From Candidatus Micrarchaeota archaeon (GTDB lineage Archaea; Micrarchaeota; Micrarchaeia; Micrarchaeales; Micrarchaeaceae), in contig JAJYIZ010000001.1 of NCBI GenBank assembly GCA_021789815.1, positions 1-24,000 of the forward strand: DNA of 24,000 nt, given 5' to 3'. Each line of letters begins with the position of its first letter. Position 1 is the stretch's first letter. Made by a program: the position numbers and the translations under genes. Positions 23,588-24,000 of the stretch are shown here, piece after piece. Below the pieces are notes generated by a model, which was given only the letters and a program-made list of their open reading frames with translations, was not told the origin of the DNA and searched no databases.

Positions 23588-24000
23588 TCAGACGTTTAAT
23601 CCTTTTTGAGGCCACCAGACCTTGCATTCCTTGCCGAAGAATGCGCAGAAGTTGCACTTCCATTTCTCCTCCATCGGAACCGGCAACGATTTCCTGTCCC
23701 CATTCCAGTACTTGAGGACGAAATCGAGCATCTGCAGCATCTCCTCCTCGCTGTATTTCAATTTGTGCAGCTTAATCACATTGCCGGTGAACTGGTTTAT
23801 ATATCTTATATAGAGCGTATCGCTTATCTTGCCGAGTTTCCTTAAGCTCTCGAAAAACGTATCAGACATTGAATCAACTTTCATCAGTTCCTTTTCAACT
23901 CCAATGGTCTCGAGCTGCCTCTTGAACTCATCTGTAAGAATAAGGTTTGGTATCCTGTAAGATTCCTTGAACATTTTTGCGGTGTACTTTTCTGTTGTTA
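23588..24000 (-). CDS. Partial CDS (N-terminus beyond window): possible Cas4/RecB-like PD-(D/E)XK nuclease C-terminal region with a Cys cluster
   Basis: The reading frame stays open upstream of the listed ATG (23974) to the window edge (...TTEKYTAKMFKES...). 'LGKISDTLYI', 'VIKLHKLKY', 'LQMLDFVL' and the terminal 'CNFCAFFGKEC' (CX2CX6C) resemble Cas4-family motifs II/III/Q and the Fe-S cysteines. The match is loose and the ExK glutamate is not evident. Confidence 0.3.
   Translation of the reverse strand, partial: TTEKYTAKMFKESYRIPNLILTDEFKRQLETIGVEKELMKVDSMSDTFFESLRKLGKISDTLYIRYINQFTGNVIKLHKLKYSEEEMLQMLDFVLKYWNGDRKSLPVPMEEKWKCNFCAFFGKECKVWWPQKGLNV

Noticed and set aside
23588-24000. A CRISPR-Cas locus implied by the Cas4-like fragment.
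   Set aside because: No repeat-spacer array or other cas gene is visible anywhere in the window. The Cas4-like assignment itself is weak. Only the possibility of a stand-alone nuclease is reported.

Overview
The window reads as a chromosomal segment of an archaeon. Markers are aRF1 with NIKS/YxCxxxF/GGQ motifs, CDP-archaeol synthase, an STT3/AglB-like oligosaccharyltransferase, an S-layer-type protein, and palindromic TATA boxes about 25-40 bp upstream of start codons. All three stop codons are used as stops. Coding density is high, and most long extra ORFs are antisense shadows of real genes. Two themes stand out. (1) A cell-surface/N-glycosylation island at about 1-17.7 kb holds five signal-peptide or TM-anchored proteins packed with N-X-S/T sequons, including a 980-aa cysteine-free S-layer candidate. 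It also holds a GT2, a divergent AglB-like OST, a GT-C enzyme, and an ABC system with no binding protein and a stand-alone AAA-associated protein. (2) A tightly packed minus-strand string runs partial Cas4-like CDS, short bacterial-type AlaRS, Nudix, K+-independent membrane pyrophosphatase, CarS, radical SAM. A tRNA-Leu(UAG), serS, prf1 and a transglutaminase-like protein lie in between. I saw no CRISPR array, transposase or integrase. All homology calls come from reading motifs by eye and need profile searches.
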